In this document: positions 63,881 through 64,000 of the stretch, one piece after another | How the letters are laid out: each line of letters opens with the position of its first letter | How positions within the stretch are numbered: the stretch's first letter is position 1 | NCBI GenBank assembly: GCA_048772705.1 | Contig: JBLWGC010000174.1 | Coordinates: 1-64,000, forward strand | Direction of reading: 5' to 3' | DNA: 64,000 nt | DNA from: Leidyana gryllorum EB-2025a | Lineage: Eukaryota > Protista > Apicomplexa | The notes under the pieces: generated by a model | The model's input: the letters and a program-made list of their open reading frames with translations, nothing else | The model's database searches: none | What the model was told of the DNA's origin: nothing | Made by a program: the position numbers and the translations under genes

Positions 63881-64000
63881 AATGCAAGCCGAAGATCACG
63901 AATCAGACACTATTGACGGAGATTGCTGGGCACTTTGCTCAAGTATTCCACTGACTTCAACCACTGACTTCCACTGCCGGACTTGAGCGCGGAGCTTGCA

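Larger units (their letters stand above)
1..64000. repeat. Scrambled mosaic tRNA-gene supercluster (all 20 amino acids, many pseudogenes)
   Basis: tRNA cloverleaves or remnants every ~100-250 nt on both strands; the same gene+flank modules recur in different orders. Confidence 0.97.

Noticed and set aside
1-64000. Bacterial, phage or organellar tRNA array
   Set aside because: No encoded CCA, eight A34 anticodon families, eukaryotic iMet, a 37/38 intron, genes on both strands and heavy pseudogenisation all indicate a eukaryotic nuclear origin.
1-64000. CRISPR array or simple satellite
   Set aside because: No constant short repeat with unique spacers, no cas genes and no fixed period.
1-64000. 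tRNA-derived SINE family
   Set aside because: Heads come from ~30 different full-length tRNA families, with no common tail, poly-A or target-site duplications; flanks co-duplicate as DNA segments.
1-64000. Assignment to a specific host lineage
   Set aside because: The sequences look protist-like, but no diagnostic marker (spliced leader, rRNA, protein gene) was found; a database search of consensus tRNAs is needed.

Overview
The whole 64 kb is one dense eukaryotic nuclear tRNA-gene supercluster with no credible protein-coding gene. By hand estimate it holds well over 200 tRNA genes, pseudogenes and half-genes on both strands, covering all 20 amino acids plus separate initiator and elongator Met. 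Eukaryotic hallmarks: no encoded CCA, all eight A34 (inosine-precursor) anticodons, iMet with A1:U72, Ala/iMet T-loops starting GATCGA, and an intron-containing Tyr. It is not a simple tandem array but a scrambled mosaic of about 30 gene-plus-flank modules joined in many orders and orientations. It contains multi-kb direct and inverted duplications, junctions inside tRNA bodies (including inter-family chimeras crossing over in the T-arm), anticodon-switched copies, head-to-head pairs at a near-fixed 88-97 nt spacing, almost no oligo-dT Pol III terminators, and a tRNA-Tyr with an apparent 7-nt intron. The supplied ORFs are by-products of tRNA sequence. The feature list covers the better-preserved copies, not every fragment. 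Coordinates were counted by hand and may be off by a base or two. The host lineage cannot be determined from the sequence alone.
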